Of a DNA stretch of 64,000 bases, positions 61,584-64,000 are shown one piece after another; the first letter of the stretch is position 1, and every line of letters starts with the position of its first letter. The stretch comes from an uncultured Clostridia bacterium. GTDB taxonomy: Bacteria; Bacillota; Clostridia; TANB77; CAG-508. The notes below the pieces were generated by a model that had not been told where the DNA came from, searched no databases, and saw only the letters and a list, made by a program, of their open reading frames with translations. Position numbers and translations under genes: made by a program. Where the stretch lies: NCBI GenBank assembly GCA_934168365.1, contig CAKPNJ010000003.1:31055-95054 (forward strand), given 5' to 3'.

Positions 61584-61868
61584 TTACGTACATAATAGTA
61601 TTATCAAAAGAATTTCACATATTAGAATTACAGGAAATCCTATTACAAATTTTGCTTTCTGAGTTTTATGTCTAAAAGTATACATTCCGACAATACCACC
61701 TATACCTCCTCCTAGTAAAACTAGTACCAGCAAAGTATTTTCAGGTATCCTCCACTTGCCTCTTTTAGCTTTCCATTTATCAAGCCACATTGCAAAAAAT
61801 GTAATCAAATTTATAGCAAGCAAATAAATAACTATATACTTAACATCAATTAACTCCTCTAATTTCAT
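61584..61868 (-). CDS. DUF1294-family small membrane protein.
   Basis: WLDKWKAKRGKWRIPENTLL...GGGIGGIVGMYTFRHKT fits the DUF1294 pattern. Confidence 0.6.
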   Translation of the reverse strand: MKLEELIDVKYIVIYLLAINLITFFAMWLDKWKAKRGKWRIPENTLLVLVLLGGGIGGIVGMYTFRHKTQKAKFVIGFPVILICEILLIILLCT

Positions 61869-61920
61869 TTTTTCTCCTCCTAGTAATTCAACTTAGTTAT
61901 TGGGCTTTGATATGCTCACA

Positions 61921-62088
61921 AAGTAAATATTATTATTTTAAAAGCGTGCGAATGCGAGCGGATGCGATGCCGAGCCTGACAAGTTAGAGATTCTTAAAAT
62001 ATTTTATAACGATAAAAAAGCGTTTAAAATATTTTTAGAATCTCTTATGCCAGTCAGATAGCTGGCAAAAATAATAATATTTACTTTG
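61921..62088. repeat. ~170-bp imperfect palindrome with a GC-rich core (gcgtgcgaatgcgagcggatgcgatgccgagcc), nested arms, and 20-bp terminal arms aaagtaaatattattatttt / aaaataataatatttacttt.
   Basis: Read directly. Lies between the polC stop and the DUF1294 gene. Confidence 0.5.
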
Positions 62089-62093
62089 AGTAA

Positions 62094-64000
62094 TTAGCCG
62101 AAAAGACTAAGTTGATTGCTCTGACTCATCCCCTTCAAGCATCCAACTTTTTGTAACATTTCAATAACAGATGTACCAATTTTTGAACGAATCTTCATAT
62201 CATCTATAGACATAAATTTTCCATCTTTCTTCGCAGTATCTATTCCTTCTGCAGCTACAGTTCCTAATCCAGGAATGCTGTTTAATGGAGGTCTTATCTC
62301 TGTATCTGATTCCATTATAAATTTTGTTGCATGACTCTTATACAAATCAATTGGCAAGAATGTAATTCCTCTTTCATACATTTCTAATACTAACTCTAAA
62401 ATTGCATACATATTCTTATCTTTAGTTGAAGCACTATTTCCTTGTAAGTCAATTTCTTTCATTTTATTTTTTACTTTTTCTACACCATAACACATAATAT
62501 CACTATCAAATTCGTCTGCACGAATTGTATAAAATGCAGTGTAATATGCTGCTGGTTTATGTACTTTAAACCATGCAATACGGAAGGCATTTGTAACATA
62601 AGCTGCAGCATGTGCTTTAGGGAACATGTACTTAATTTTTTGGCAAGAACCAATATACCATTCAGGTATGTTGTATTCTCTCATCATTGCTTCATGTTCT
62701 TTCCATTTTTCTGGGTCTTTTGAAGCTTTTCCTTTACGTACAAACTCCATTATTTTGAATGCTGGCTTTGGTGGCAATCCTTTTTTTATTAAATAAAGCA
62801 TAATATCATCTCTACAACCTATTGCCTCACTTAATGTAACAATTCCTTGATTAACAAGTTCTTGTCCATTGTTTAACCATACATCAGTACCATGTGAAAG
62901 TCCTGATATACTTATCAATTCATTAAATGTTGTTGGTTTTGTATCAACTAGCATTCCTCTTACGAACTTTGTTCCAAACTCTGGTATTCCAAATGTTCCC
63001 ACTTCTGAATGTATTTGTTCAGGAGTCACTCCTAATACTTTTGTTGAACTAAATATCGACATAGTTTCTTTATCGTCCAAAGGTACTTTAGTTGGGTCAA
63101 TTCCAGTTAAATCAAATAACATACGAATCATTGTAGGATCATCATGACCTAGTATATCTAGTTTTAATAAGTTTTGGTCAATTGAGTGATAATCAAAGTG
63201 TGTTGTTATAATGTCTGAATTAGGATCATCTGCCGGATGTTGTACTGGCGTGAATTCATATATTTCTCTGCCTTTTGGTACAACTATAATTCCACCTGGA
63301 TGTTGGCCAGTTGTTCTCTTGATTCCTGTACATCCTTGTGAAAGTCTTACTACTTCTGCATTACTAATAGGTATGCCTTTTTCTTCATAATATTTTTTTA
63401 CATATCCATAAGCAGTTTTGTCAGCTACTGTACCAACTGTACCAGCTTTAAATGTTGTTCCTTTTCCAAATATTACTTCTGTATATCTATGGGCTTTTGC
63501 TTGATATTCTCCTGAGAAGTTTAAGTCAATATCAGGCTCTTTATCTCCATCAAATCCTAAGAAAGTTTCAAATGGAATATCCATTCCATCCTTTGCTAAT
63601 TTTTCTCCACAGTTTGGACAAGTCTTATCAGGTAAGTCAAATCCATTTTTTACTCCATAATCTGTAAAATCTGAATATTTACACTTAGGGCATCTATAAT
63701 GTGGTGGAAGTGAATTTACTTCTGTAATACCTGTCATGTTTGCTACAAATGATGAACCAACAGAACCTCTTGAACCTACTATATATCCATCTTCATTAGA
63801 TTTCCATACTAATTTTTGTGCAATAATGTACATAACTGAGAATCCATTTGTAATAATAGAATGTAATTCTTTATCTAATCTTGCTTGTACTATTTCTGGT
63901 AATGGATCTCCATATAGTTCATGGGCTTTACTATATGCAATATTTTTTATTGTTTCTTCACATCCATCAATGTGTGGTGGACACTTTTCAGGTGAAATTG
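62094..64000 (-). CDS. polC: DNA polymerase III PolC-type alpha subunit, C-terminal portion. The N-terminus is beyond the window.
   Basis: [37 protein letters not shown] (zinc finger plus HhH region) and the conserved C-terminal tail. The reading frame is open to the window end. Confidence 0.85.
   Translation of the reverse strand, partial: ISPEKCPPHIDGCEETIKNIAYSKAHELYGDPLPEIVQARLDKELHSIITNGFSVMYIIAQKLVWKSNEDGYIVGSRGSVGSSFVANMTGITEVNSLPPHYRCPKCKYSDFTDYGVKNGFDLPDKTCPNCGEKLAKDGMDIPFETFLGFDGDKEPDIDLNFSGEYQAKAHRYTEVIFGKGTTFKAGTVGTVADKTAYGYVKKYYEEKGIPISNAEVVRLSQGCTGIKRTTGQHPGGIIVVPKGREIYEFTPVQHPADDPNSDIITTHFDYHSIDQNLLKLDILGHDDPTMIRMLFDLTGIDPTKVPLDDKETMSIFSSTKVLGVTPEQIHSEVGTFGIPEFGTKFVRGMLVDTKPTTFNELISISGLSHGTDVWLNNGQELVNQGIVTLSEAIGCRDDIMLYLIKKGLPPKPAFKIMEFVRKGKASKDPEKWKEHEAMMREYNIPEWYIGSCQKIKYMFPKAHAAAYVTNAFRIAWFKVHKPAAYYTAFYTIRADEFDSDIMCYGVEKVKNKMKEIDLQGNSASTKDKNMYAILELVLEMYERGITFLPIDLYKSHATKFIMESDTEIRPPLNSIPGLGTVAAEGIDTAKKDGKFMSIDDMKIRSKIGTSVIEMLQKVGCLKGMSQSNQLSLFG

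Overview
The window is a 64 kb chromosomal segment from a low-GC (about 27-30% GC), spore-forming Firmicute. The genes present point to class Clostridia: yabP-yabQ-divIC, a YjcZ-type sporulation peptide, pta-ackA, and dockerin and cadherin-like surface proteins. It is mostly housekeeping genes, and I found no CRISPR array, transposase, rRNA or recognisable prophage. The named genes are a two-component pair, mscL, rpmE, miaB, mutS, cysS, ftsY, rny, pta with two tandem ackA copies, a Xer-type recombinase, rho, prfB with its +1 programmed frameshift, copA/copZ, secA, murD, cmk, uvrA and the 3' end of polC.

My best candidate for an undescribed system is a leader-peptide attenuator in front of cysS. 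A consensus sigma-A promoter is followed by a strong ribosome-binding site, a 13-codon ORF (MLLKNIISNCCCR) with three consecutive UGU Cys codons directly before its stop, then overlapping alternative helices and an intrinsic terminator. This sits where Firmicutes normally carry a T-box, and I could not see a T-box.

Other things worth a second look: a conserved ~90-bp palindromic repeat at two convergent gene ends; two hairpin terminators related by compensatory mutations; a DnaA-box cluster away from any dnaA/dnaN; a response regulator whose output looks like a degenerate kinase domain; duplicated ackA; a small island (recombinase, a GC-richer foreign-looking ORF, 1 kb of AT-rich non-coding DNA); a 32-aa Asn-rich peptide beside a long inverted repeat; an unassigned structured RNA-like segment; and a ~170-bp palindrome with a GC-rich core after polC.

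Coordinates I derived myself (small ORFs, hairpins, promoters) may be off by 1-2 nt. I found one 1-nt inconsistency between the printed line numbering and the ORF track near 30000.
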